Assembly (NCBI GenBank): GCA_050951545.1
Contig: JBMNJG010000012.1
Location: 352,001 to 416,000 of the forward strand
Direction of reading: 5' to 3'
Source of the DNA: Limnochordia bacterium
Lineage (GTDB): Bacteria > Bacillota > Limnochordia > DTU080
DNA: 64,000 bases
Of the stretch, positions 27,550 through 36,947 are shown in pieces (the stretch's first letter is position 1; each line of letters starts with the position of its first letter). The position numbers and the translations under genes are program-made. A model generated the notes under the pieces. That model worked only from the letters and a program-made list of their open reading frames with translations, ran no database searches and was not told where the DNA came from.

Positions 27550-27870
27550 TCAGTTGCCTCCTCTATGTGTCGGCACCGACCGAACCGCTGTTTGGACGAA
27601 TGGCGCCTGGGCTGATATCGTCTTAAGCTCAATGCCGTTGTCGGCGAAGGCCTTGGTGTTGACTCGACACTGAATCAGTGGGCCACTTTTCTCACCAATA
27701 ACCAGTCCTGCATCACGCAACACCTTCAGGTGGTGTGACAGGGTGGGCTGAGGAAGCCCCAGGTGACATGCCAGGTCACATACGCACCGCTCTTGATCTT
27801 GCAGGCTAGCGATAATCCGCAGCCGAGTTTCGTCCCCTAAGGCCTTGAATATGCGCACAAGATTGGGCAC
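27550..27870 (-). CDS. ArsR/SmtB family transcriptional regulator
   Basis: FKALGDETRLRI, CVCDL and QPTLSHHLKVLRDAGLV motifs. Confidence 0.92.
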   Translation of the reverse strand: MPNLVRIFKALGDETRLRIIASLQDQERCVCDLACHLGLPQPTLSHHLKVLRDAGLVIGEKSGPLIQCRVNTKAFADNGIELKTISAQAPFVQTAVRSVPTHRGGN

Positions 27871-27891
27871 AACCTACCCCCCACAGCTGAT

Positions 27892-27918
27892 CTATTCATA
27901 TGTAAGCATATGCAGATA
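27892..27918. promoter_or_regulatory. candidate ArsR operator
   Basis: AT-rich palindrome CATATG-TAAG-CATATG just upstream of the arsR start. Confidence 0.4.
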
Positions 27919-28102
27919 TTTGCCCATGCCAATGTATCAATACGCTCATGCTCGGTCACTATTCATCTCCACAGGGGGAGCCTCCTTCTTGTTCACGGAA
28001 AGTTTACGTTATACAGTAGGCCAAACCTCGACTCCAGATATGGTAGAGTAGTGGATAGAGTCTCGGCCGGGAAACTGCTGCTCGGCTACGGAGGAGCATC
28101 GC

Positions 28103-29815
28103 ATGGAAGTCATCAAGATCACTCCTCGCGGATACTGCTACGGCGTGGTTGACGCCATAAAAAAAGCTAGAGAGGCCGCACTCAATCCTGATGTGCCCCG
28201 CCCCATTTATATTCTGGGGCTCATCGTCCACAACAGACACGTCGTGGATAGACTGCGGGATGAACATGGCGTTATATCGCTGGATGGGACTGATCGGTTA
28301 GCCCTTCTCAATAGTATTGACAAGGGCACGGTGATCTTCACAGCACATGGTGTCTCGCCAGAAGTAAAACGGCAGGCTGAAGCTAGAGGGCTGACCTGCA
28401 TCGATGCCACCTGTCCGGATGTGACGCGCACCCATATTCTAGTACAGCAGTTGGCGAAGCGCGGCTACCACATCATTTATGTGGGCAAGTCCGGTCATCC
28501 CGAATCCGAAGGCGTGCTCGGAGAGGCGCCTGATCATGTACATCTCGTAGAGAATGCTGCGGATGTGGATGCGCTACAACTGCCGTGTGGGCCTCTCGCT
28601 GTGACCACGCAGACTACCCTGAGCCAATGGGATACGAGCGATCTCATTGCCCATATCTGCCAGCGCTACCCCCGCATAGAGGTGCACAACGAGATATGTC
28701 TCGCTACCCAAGAACGTCAGGCTGCCGCTGTGGAAGCCGCCGCTGATGTGGATGTAGTGATTGTGGTCGGAGACTCCCGGTCCAACAACTCCAACCGCCT
28801 CGTACAGGTGGTAAAAGAGAGGGCGCATAAGCCAGCCTATCTCGTCGACAACGCGCAAAGCATTCGACCAGAGTGGCTTGTCGGCAGCAAGCGGGTAGCG
28901 GTCACCGCTGGATCGTCTACCCCCACTGGGCTCACCCGAGACGTGATTGAAACTCTCGAACGGTGGCCCGTAGCGACGCCTGTCGTGGACCCAATGGAAC
29001 TGGCCCGCTCTCACTATGAGAACTTCACCGTCTTGTCATGGTTGCTGCCTGGCACTTTGCGCCAAGACGTTGCCAATCTTTACGCCTATTGCCGTACGGT
29101 AGATGATCTGGGGGACGAAGCGTCCGGAGACCGCTTGGCTCTCCTTGCCTGCTTTGAGTCTGACTTGCGTCGTTGCTTCACAGCGACGCCTGAGCATCCG
29201 GTCTTAATCGCCTTGCAGCAGACTATTCGGCGTCATGATCTTCCTGAAGAGCCCTTTTTACGCTTGATCACCGCTAATCGGCGAGATCAGCAGAAAACGC
29301 GCTATGCCACATGGGAGCAGCTACTCGATTACTGCACCTACTCGGCCAATCCAGTGGGTCGGCTCTACCTGCACATCATTGGCTACACGGACTCTACACG
29401 CCACATGCTGGCAGACGCAACCTGCACGGCACTGCAGTTGGTGAATTTCTGGCAGGATATCTCTCGCGACGCCAAGATGGGGCGTCTGTACATCCCTCAA
29501 CAGGCGCTACAGGCCGCCGGGGTAAGCGAGAGCGACGTGTTCGAGGCAAGGGATTCGGCATCCTCAGCGGCTCTGGCAGGCCAGTTATGTGACTATACCC
29601 GGAGTTTTTTTGAGCGTGGTTTGGCTTTGCTGCCCATGCTGCCCTGGCCCCACCGCTATAACGTACGTTTGTTCTCTGCTGGCGGCATGGCCATTCTCAG
29701 AGCTGTCGAACAGCATCAACACACCGCTCTGTCTCAGCGGCCAGTATTGTCCAGGTCGCAGAAATGCGGCCTCGCTCTTCGGGCGCTCCTGCCGCGACCT
29801 CTCGGAGGTGTGTAG
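28103..29815 (+). CDS. ispH-hpnC: fused HMBPP reductase IspH / squalene synthase HpnC
   Basis: aa 1 to about 290 carry PRGYCYGV, IVHN, AHG, DATCP, TQTT, ICLATQERQ, SNN and TAGSSTP. From aa about 298 it carries HYENF, RTVDDLGDE, SANPVG and NFWQD..RD...GRLYIP. One uninterrupted frame. Confidence 0.85.
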   Translation: MEVIKITPRGYCYGVVDAIKKAREAALNPDVPRPIYILGLIVHNRHVVDRLRDEHGVISLDGTDRLALLNSIDKGTVIFTAHGVSPEVKRQAEARGLTCIDATCPDVTRTHILVQQLAKRGYHIIYVGKSGHPESEGVLGEAPDHVHLVENAADVDALQLPCGPLAVTTQTTLSQWDTSDLIAHICQRYPRIEVHNEICLATQERQAAAVEAAADVDVVIVVGDSRSNNSNRLVQVVKERAHKPAYLVDNAQSIRPEWLVGSKRVAVTAGSSTPTGLTRDVIETLERWPVATPVVDPMELARSHYENFTVLSWLLPGTLRQDVANLYAYCRTVDDLGDEASGDRLALLACFESDLRRCFTATPEHPVLIALQQTIRRHDLPEEPFLRLITANRRDQQKTRYATWEQLLDYCTYSANPVGRLYLHIIGYTDSTRHMLADATCTALQLVNFWQDISRDAKMGRLYIPQQALQAAGVSESDVFEARDSASSAALAGQLCDYTRSFFERGLALLPMLPWPHRYNVRLFSAGGMAILRAVEQHQHTALSQRPVLSRSQKCGLALRALLPRPLGGV

Positions 29816-30672
29816 TGGATCATTCTCTAGCTGATGCCTATGCTGCTTGCGCGGCGCACACTCGTGCTGAAGCCAAGAACTTCTATTACGCGTTTATTCT
29901 GTTGCCGCCGTCACGACGAAGAGCCATCTATGCACTGTATTCGTTCTGCCGTACCGTGGATGATGCAGCCGATCTTGCGCCTTCTGTGGCGGAAGCGGAG
30001 TCTCAGCTCAACAGCCTACGCCATGATCTGACATTGTGCCTTTCAGGATGTCCGTCGGGCCCGCTGTTTGCTGCTCTTGCGGACACCATTGCCCGCTTTG
30101 GCGTGAAGTCTGAGCATCTGATGGCAGTGATCGACGGAGTTCAGCAAGACCTCACTGTCACGCGTTACGACAACTTTGAACAGCTACGAGAGTATTGCTG
30201 GAAAGTGGCCAGTGCTGTGGGATTACTCTCATTGCCGGTTTTTGGCTATCGCGACCCGCAGGCTGTGGAGTATGCTGAAGATCTAGGTCTCGCCATGCAG
30301 CTTACGAACATTTTGCGTGACATCAAAGAGGATCTCGAGCGGGGGCGTATCTACTTGCCCCAGGATGAGCTGTCAAGTTACGGCATCAGGGAGGAGGCAC
30401 TAGCCAGCGGTGTGGTAGACGAGGCATTCCGCGATTTTCTCGCATTTCAGGTGCGGCGGGCGCGTCACTACTTTCAGTCCGGTAGCCGCCTCATTCCGTT
30501 GGTATCGTACTCCTCTCGCATTTGTCCCATGATGCTGCAAGCCTTGTACTCTCGAGTCTTGGACCACATTGAGCGAGCAGGCTACGACGTTTTCTCTCAG
30601 CGACGAGGGCCTTCAGATGCCGAGAAGGTATTCCTCCTCTTAGGAGCGTGTCTGCGATGTCTTCTTCCGTAG
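29815..30672 (+). CDS. hpnD: presqualene diphosphate synthase HpnD
   Basis: NFYYAF, CRTVDDAAD, VASAVG and QLTNILRDIKED...GRIYLP motifs; located between hpnC and hpnE. Confidence 0.82.
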   Translation: MDHSLADAYAACAAHTRAEAKNFYYAFILLPPSRRRAIYALYSFCRTVDDAADLAPSVAEAESQLNSLRHDLTLCLSGCPSGPLFAALADTIARFGVKSEHLMAVIDGVQQDLTVTRYDNFEQLREYCWKVASAVGLLSLPVFGYRDPQAVEYAEDLGLAMQLTNILRDIKEDLERGRIYLPQDELSSYGIREEALASGVVDEAFRDFLAFQVRRARHYFQSGSRLIPLVSYSSRICPMMLQALYSRVLDHIERAGYDVFSQRRGPSDAEKVFLLLGACLRCLLP

Positions 30673-31997
30673 TGGTCATCGGCGCTGGTCTGGCCGGGAT
30701 CTCTGCGGCCTGTCACTTGGCTGACAGAGGGTTCACGGTGCATCTTCTAGAGAAAAGCAGCCGTCTGGGTGGACGGGCGGGCTCACACACTTTCTCAGAT
30801 GGCACAACAGTTCCTATGGGGAGTCACTTGACCTTGGGCTGCTGTTCCTCGTACCTTCAGCTTCTCGACGCGTTGGGGACGAGTGATCTCGTGACCATGC
30901 AGCAGCGATTGCACATCACGGTTGCCCATCAGGGTTGCCTGAGCACGCTGAAGGCAGTGGCTTTGCCCCATCCCCTGGCCTTGGTACCATCCTTCGTCAG
31001 TTACCCGTTTCTGGGCCCGAAGGCTAAGCTGGCAGTGGCGCGCGCCTTGCGAGCGATTGCCCGAGGGGCGGAACCCTTGCCGGGTGAGAGCTTCGCTGCA
31101 TGGCTAGAGCGTCACCATCAACCGATGCAGGCTCGTCAGTTTTTCTGGGAGCTTGTTACGGCCCCCACTCTGAATTCGCCAGCTGAGACAGCATCAGCTG
31201 AGTTTGCCCTACTTGTCTTTCGTTTGGCCGTCTTGGGAGGCCCGCAAACAGCAGCCTTGGGCTTCATCCCTGCTGCCGCCTCTGATCTCTTGAAACCAGT
31301 TAGCGAGTACCTGGCGCGCCGAGGTGGCCAGCTTCGTCTGCGTACAGCCGTAGAGCGGATCGACACCGCACCCCCCTCAGACCAGTGCTTGAGCCCCGGT
31401 GCTCGAATCTGGGTATATCTCAGAGACGGTGAGGTGCTCGCTGCGTCAACCGTGATCACAGCGGTGCCACACACAAACCTGCTCAGGATTCTGCCGCTGG
31501 CGTGGCGCCAGATGCCCGCCTTTGCCGATCTACGCAAGTTGGCCAGGCGGCCGGTCCTTGATGCCTTTCTCACTTACGATCGGCCGGTGCTGCGCGAGGC
31601 AGTGATCACTATCCCAGGACTCCCCGCTCTCTGGGTCTTCCCCAGCGCACCCCAGAAGGGTCTGCAGCAGATCGCTGTGTCTATCAGCTGTCCCGGGGAA
31701 TTGGCAGAATCTCGGGCTGCTCGCATCGCAAGCTGGGCTCACAACCAGCTAAGCGCAGCTTGCCCTACTGTGCTGGGCGCACGCCTAGTTCATGCTCGCG
31801 TCCAGAAGCATCAGGGAGCCACCTTCTCGGTAGCTCCCCAAGATCAACTGCTACGTCTGCCATCCGTCTCCCCGATCCCTGGGGTTGTTTTGGCTGGAGA
31901 CTGGACAGCTACGGGCTGGCCCGCCACGATGGAGGGGGCTGTGCGTAGCGGTTTGGCTGCAGCCTCTGCTGTCAGCGAGCCAGTCGCTCCAACGTGA
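30657..31997 (+). CDS. hpnE: hydroxysqualene dehydroxylase HpnE
   Basis: VIGAGLAG FAD motif, LGGRAGS and LAGDWTATGWPATMEGAVRSG. Confidence 0.85.
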   Translation: MSSSVVVIGAGLAGISAACHLADRGFTVHLLEKSSRLGGRAGSHTFSDGTTVPMGSHLTLGCCSSYLQLLDALGTSDLVTMQQRLHITVAHQGCLSTLKAVALPHPLALVPSFVSYPFLGPKAKLAVARALRAIARGAEPLPGESFAAWLERHHQPMQARQFFWELVTAPTLNSPAETASAEFALLVFRLAVLGGPQTAALGFIPAAASDLLKPVSEYLARRGGQLRLRTAVERIDTAPPSDQCLSPGARIWVYLRDGEVLAASTVITAVPHTNLLRILPLAWRQMPAFADLRKLARRPVLDAFLTYDRPVLREAVITIPGLPALWVFPSAPQKGLQQIAVSISCPGELAESRAARIASWAHNQLSAACPTVLGARLVHARVQKHQGATFSVAPQDQLLRLPSVSPIPGVVLAGDWTATGWPATMEGAVRSGLAAASAVSEPVAPT

Positions 31998-32982
31998 CAC
32001 GCATGGCATCGCTCCAGCTCTCCCCAGGCTGGATGTCTTGCACGCCAGCATCGACTCCCGCGGCCTGTAAGTTAAGTGCGTTGCCGGAACACGTGTAGGG
32101 TTCGAGGCATATAGCGGGTCTTTCGGGCGGAGTATAGATCACCCATTCCCGGAAGGTAGGCCCGCCACTGATACCCAGTTTGAGACCTGCGACCTCGTCG
32201 ATCAGAGCCGCATGGGTCCATTCCTTGGCATCACGCTCTACGTCAGTGAACATGTCATCGTAGAGATTGTCAGCGACAACGATTCCAGCTCTCATATCCA
32301 TCTTCCCACTCACAGGGGGGCGTTTGCCCGTCGGTACGAGATCCGGAGCTGGCGATAGCTCCCAGTACTTGCGGGCGGGAACCTGCAAGCGGCACGCGTT
32401 TCGGCTACCATTGGGGCCAAGAGGCATGTTGAAGTAGGGATGCCAACCAAAGCCCATGGGCATCTGCTTGCTTCCGGTATTGCTTCCCTCTATCTCAACG
32501 CCAAGCCCTTCAGCATCCAGCCTAAACGTCATCTTCAGCACAAATGGGAAAGGGAACTGACGCTGGATGTCGGCAGTGTTTCCGTCGAAACGGAACGTGA
32601 CCCACGCCTCTTTGCTGCTCGCACCCTGGGCTTCAAACTCAAAAGGAGCAGCGGTCACGAAGCCGTGACGGGCGTTGCCGTCAGGGTATACATCGACTTG
32701 GTGTTCCTTTCCGCCATAGGTAAAGCGCCCGCCAGCGAGCCGGCTAGGAAAAGGAAACAGGACCGGCGCCCCATAGCGTGTCGGTGCTTCGCGCAGCGCT
32801 CTAGCATCGGGAGGGGACGACATCACGGAGACGGCTGTCTCACCGTTGCCTGGCGAGAGCGATAGCGCCACGAGATTGGCACCTATGCCTGGCAAAATCG
32901 CTGCTTTCGATCCTTGCGGGCCCCGCAGCACCCATAGAGGTTCACCTGACCAATTCTGCTTCTCTACACCAAAAGTCAACAC
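31972..32982 (-). CDS. aldose 1-epimerase family protein
   Basis: GAPVLFPFP, HGF, GWHPYF and ICLEPYT motifs. Confidence 0.88.
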   Translation of the reverse strand: MLTFGVEKQNWSGEPLWVLRGPQGSKAAILPGIGANLVALSLSPGNGETAVSVMSSPPDARALREAPTRYGAPVLFPFPSRLAGGRFTYGGKEHQVDVYPDGNARHGFVTAAPFEFEAQGASSKEAWVTFRFDGNTADIQRQFPFPFVLKMTFRLDAEGLGVEIEGSNTGSKQMPMGFGWHPYFNMPLGPNGSRNACRLQVPARKYWELSPAPDLVPTGKRPPVSGKMDMRAGIVVADNLYDDMFTDVERDAKEWTHAALIDEVAGLKLGISGGPTFREWVIYTPPERPAICLEPYTCSGNALNLQAAGVDAGVQDIQPGESWSDAMRVTLERLAR

Positions 32983-33060
32983 CAGTCACCTCTTCATTGA
33001 ATGTGTCAACGTTCAACGTGCAGGGTATATGCTCACAACCACCACAGAGACGATCAGTCA

Positions 33061-34296
33061 TCATCCGAGGGTTGGTTGTGCAAGCCGCCCAGCACGTTCA
33101 CGCTCGATCCGCGTTTGATAACCAGACTGTCTGTGCGCCTTTAGCGGGTCCGCGGGTACCCCTAGGTCCTCTCGTACTTTTATGAGCAGCGGCTCGACAT
33201 CGGTGTTGAACGCCGAAACGAGACACTCCTCAGCTGAGACGATGTCACCAGCAGCCTGTGCTGCAGCCAATGCTTCGCGCTCTACAATCAGCGCCTTGGC
33301 GTATGAGCGTTGGATGGCCACAATCGACTGAATCATAGCCTCTACCTTTGGTTTGAGATTATGGCTTTGGTCGATCATGTAGGCCACATTGGCATGCTGT
33401 TCCCCGTGTAACTCGCTAGCGACAAGCTCACAGAAGATCAGGAACAACTCGTACGGATTCACTGAACCCGTCGTCAGATCATCATCCGCATACTTGCGAT
33501 TGTTGAAGTGAAATCCCCCTAACCTCCCTTCATCGAGTAGTGTGGCCACGATCTGCTCGATGTTGACACCCTGAGCGTGGTGCCCAAGATCCACGAGAAC
33601 CTGGGCTCGCTCACCCAGCTTCGTGCATAGCAGAAGAGCCATCCCCCAATCCGGGACATCTGTAGCATAGAATGCTGGCTCAAAGAACTTGTACTCTAGC
33701 AGTAGCCGTCCGTCGCTGGGCAGCATCCTGTAGGCTTGCGCCAGCGACTCCTCCAAGCGGCGCCTTCGACACCGTAGGTCATCTTGCCCCGGGTAGTTGG
33801 TGCCGTCCGCGAGCCAGAGACTCAGATCGCGGGAACCAGTCTGTCTCATGATCTGTGTACACTGAGCGATGTGTTCCAAGGCTTGGTGCCGCACTGTCTG
33901 GTCAGGATGCGTTAGGCTGCCTAGCTTGTAGATATCGTCTTGGAAAAGATTCGGGTTGATGGCACCGATGGTCAGCCCGAGGGCAGCCGCCTCTTGCCGC
34001 AGAGCCTGCCAGTCATCGACCATATCCCAAGGGATGTGTAGAGCTACCGACGGAGCGATACCTGTCATGCGATGTACCTGGGCAGCATCACGTAGCTTCT
34101 CGCTTAGGCTCACAGCCGCTCCCCGCTGTCGAAAAACCTTGAAACGCGTGCCGCTGTCAGCATAACCCCAGGAGGGGGTCTCGATGTGCTGCGACCTTAG
34201 CTTCTGTTCAATAGCTTGCACATCGTGTCCGCGGTCACTGAGCACTGCCGCCAACTGCTCATAGCGCGCTTGCCATCTGCTGTGCATGACTTTCAA
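33061..34296 (-). CDS. rhaI: L-rhamnose isomerase (RhaI type)
   Basis: ETPSWG...[30 protein letters not shown] and YADDDL motifs. Confidence 0.85.
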   Translation of the reverse strand: MKVMHSRWQARYEQLAAVLSDRGHDVQAIEQKLRSQHIETPSWGYADSGTRFKVFRQRGAAVSLSEKLRDAAQVHRMTGIAPSVALHIPWDMVDDWQALRQEAAALGLTIGAINPNLFQDDIYKLGSLTHPDQTVRHQALEHIAQCTQIMRQTGSRDLSLWLADGTNYPGQDDLRCRRRRLEESLAQAYRMLPSDGRLLLEYKFFEPAFYATDVPDWGMALLLCTKLGERAQVLVDLGHHAQGVNIEQIVATLLDEGRLGGFHFNNRKYADDDLTTGSVNPYELFLIFCELVASELHGEQHANVAYMIDQSHNLKPKVEAMIQSIVAIQRSYAKALIVEREALAAAQAAGDIVSAEECLVSAFNTDVEPLLIKVREDLGVPADPLKAHRQSGYQTRIERERAGRLAQPTLG

Positions 34297-34314
34297 CCTC
34301 CATGCATTTTGGTA

Positions 34315-35049
34315 TCAGAACCAGCCGTAGCGACTTGCTACAGCCGCTGCTACCGCGCTTATCAAAAGCCCCGGGAGCATGTTTCCCACGCGCAAATGGG
34401 TTAGCTTCCACAGGTTGACTGCAATGGCCACGATCATGATGCCTCCGGTCACCGTCAGCGTGCTAATCACTGGTTCATGCAGCACCGTTTTGGCAGTTCC
34501 TGCCAGCAATGTGATACCTCCTTGGTAGACGAGAATCGGCAGGATAGACATCAAGGTACCAGGTCCTAAGGCTGCGGCCAGGGCGAAACTGGCGACACCG
34601 TCAAGAGTGGCTTTGGTAAACAGTAATGAAGGGTCGCCCTGCAACCCATCTTGTAGACTGCCGAGTATGGCCATGGGACCGACACAAAACAGGAGGCTAG
34701 CACTGACAAAAGCCTGCACAAAGCGCGACCCTGCTCTCTCACCGTGTGGCGTTCGGCTGAATCGTTTTTCCAGATTCGATCCCAGACGATTCATGGACCC
34801 TTCGATATCCGCCCATTCCCCCAGGAAGCTACCTGCTACAAGAGCCAAGAGTACGAGGATCATCTGGGCGCCCGAACTGCTTCCTAGGGCCATCTGCAGC
34901 CCCAACACCAACGTCACGCCGCCCAAAACCTGCATGGCGATGTCACTCATGGCCTCGGGCAGACGCTCCCCGAACAGAAGACCTAATGAACCACCCACCA
35001 ACACGGTCGCTACATTGACTAGCGTACCTGTGCCCTCCAACGCTCTCAC
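34315..35049 (-). CDS. DUF554 family membrane protein
   Basis: GTLVN, SLLFCVGPMAILGS..DG and K..LDG motifs. Confidence 0.85.
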   Translation of the reverse strand: MRALEGTGTLVNVATVLVGGSLGLLFGERLPEAMSDIAMQVLGGVTLVLGLQMALGSSSGAQMILVLLALVAGSFLGEWADIEGSMNRLGSNLEKRFSRTPHGERAGSRFVQAFVSASLLFCVGPMAILGSLQDGLQGDPSLLFTKATLDGVASFALAAALGPGTLMSILPILVYQGGITLLAGTAKTVLHEPVISTLTVTGGIMIVAIAVNLWKLTHLRVGNMLPGLLISAVAAAVASRYGWF

Positions 35050-35069
35050 CCACCTCTTTGCCTCGACGA

Positions 35070-36929
35070 CTAAGCCAGGATCCTGTATTGGGCCTCGATG
35101 AGGTCACGATACAAGCCCTCTTCTCTTACCAGTTGATCGTGATTTCCCTGCTGTACGACGCGACCGTGGTCGAGCACCATGATCAGATCAGCATTGCGGA
35201 TGGTCGACAACCGGTGTGCGACCACGAACGCAGTGCGACCCCTAAGCAGCGTGGCCAGGGCCCTTTGGATCTCTTGTTCCGTTTCGGTATCGATACTGGC
35301 AGTCGCTTCATCCAACACCAGGATGCGGGGATCCGCCAGTATGGCTCGGGCAAACGAGAGCAACTGCCGCTGACCCAGCGAGATGCCACCGCCTCGCTCG
35401 CTTACGATTGTGTGATACCCATCAGGCAGTTCCGAGATGAAGGCGTTTGCGCCGATCAAACGAGCGGCTTCTATGACCTCCTCATCCGTTGCCTCCAGTC
35501 GTCCGAAGCGGATATTATCCATGATGGTTCCGGCGAACAAGAAGGGCTCTTGCAGAACCACTCCCACTTGGGTGCGTAGACTGCGTACCGTCACACCGCG
35601 CACATCGTGTCCGTCAATGAGCACGCTGCCCTCTGTGACATCGTAGAAACGGCACAGTAGGTTGACGATCGTGGTTTTCCCGGAGCCAGTAGGTCCGACA
35701 AGAGCAACTGTCTCCCCGGGGGCGACCTGCAAAGAGAGTCCGTTGAGGGCTGGACGGTCAGGGCGGTAAGAAAAATGCACGTCGCGGAATTCGACACGAC
35801 CCACGATGGACGGTAGATCGGGAGCTTGTGGCCTCTCCACGATAGATGGCTTCGTATCGAAGAACTCGAAAATACGTTCCGAGGAGGCCATCGACTGGAG
35901 CATCTGGTTGTAGAAGTTGCCGAGTCGAGAGATGGGCTCCCAAAAACGACCCAGATAGCTTGCAAAGGCATATACCGTACCCAAGGTGATGTCGCCGACT
36001 TGGAAGAGACGGGCACCGTACCAGTACACGATGCAGACACCTACAGCACCAGTCACGTCAACCACTGGCATGAATAGATCGCCGACCTTGCTAGAGTGAT
36101 TGAACTTCTGTCTGTAGTCGTTATTCAGGTGGCGAAAGAAGGTCCTGTTCTCTTCCTCCTGCACAAAAGCTTCGGTCACACGAATGCCCTGTATGGCCTC
36201 ATTGAGGTGCGAGTTGATGCGTGCATTGCGCAAGCGTACTTCGCGCCACGCCCTTCGGATCTGAATCCTAATCTTCATCGACAGCAGAAACATGAGAGGT
36301 AGGGTGACCATGGCGGCTAGGGCGAGTCTCGCATGCATACTGAACAGGATTGCGGCAATGCCTACCAGCAGAACAACATCGGTCAGGCTCTGGACTACGC
36401 CGCTGGTAAACAGGTCCTCCAGAGCATTGACGTCATTGATGATGCGTACCAGAATCGATCCTGCCGAACGGCTGTCAAAAAAGTCAAATGACAAAGACTG
36501 AATGTGCGCAAACAAGTGATTGCGCAGATCACGCAGAGTCTGCTGTCCAAGCCAGTTGGTGCTGCGAATGCGCATGCGTCTCGAGAAGAATAGGACTACA
36601 TAGGCTCCTAGCATGAGCAGCGCATATCGCCTAAGAAGGGGGAGATTGGGATTGGCGATGGACTGGTCAATGGCGTTGCGGGTAAAGAACGGAACGCTAA
36701 GGCTGGCCACGGCCCCCACCATGATCGCTAAGAGTGCCTTGAGCGCTGAACGTCGATACGGTCTCATATACCTGAGCAGGCGTAGAAGCTGCTTGGCATC
36801 GAAAGGCCGCTCCATGGCTCGATCATCAGGATAGACGAAACGCTGGGAAATGTGGCGATCCGCCTGTGCATCATGTGGGGTTTTTGGTTGTGCGTTCTTT
36901 TGTGACTTCCCGCTGGTCCTTTGCGACAC
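35070..36929 (-). CDS. ABC exporter, fused TM and ATPase (heterodimer subunit)
   Basis: GPTGSGKT, ISLGQRQ and LDEATAS motifs plus a TM domain. Confidence 0.93.
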   Translation of the reverse strand: MSQRTSGKSQKNAQPKTPHDAQADRHISQRFVYPDDRAMERPFDAKQLLRLLRYMRPYRRSALKALLAIMVGAVASLSVPFFTRNAIDQSIANPNLPLLRRYALLMLGAYVVLFFSRRMRIRSTNWLGQQTLRDLRNHLFAHIQSLSFDFFDSRSAGSILVRIINDVNALEDLFTSGVVQSLTDVVLLVGIAAILFSMHARLALAAMVTLPLMFLLSMKIRIQIRRAWREVRLRNARINSHLNEAIQGIRVTEAFVQEEENRTFFRHLNNDYRQKFNHSSKVGDLFMPVVDVTGAVGVCIVYWYGARLFQVGDITLGTVYAFASYLGRFWEPISRLGNFYNQMLQSMASSERIFEFFDTKPSIVERPQAPDLPSIVGRVEFRDVHFSYRPDRPALNGLSLQVAPGETVALVGPTGSGKTTIVNLLCRFYDVTEGSVLIDGHDVRGVTVRSLRTQVGVVLQEPFLFAGTIMDNIRFGRLEATDEEVIEAARLIGANAFISELPDGYHTIVSERGGGISLGQRQLLSFARAILADPRILVLDEATASIDTETEQEIQRALATLLRGRTAFVVAHRLSTIRNADLIMVLDHGRVVQQGNHDQLVREEGLYRDLIEAQYRILA

Positions 36930-36947
36930 GCTTGTCAGACACCCTTT

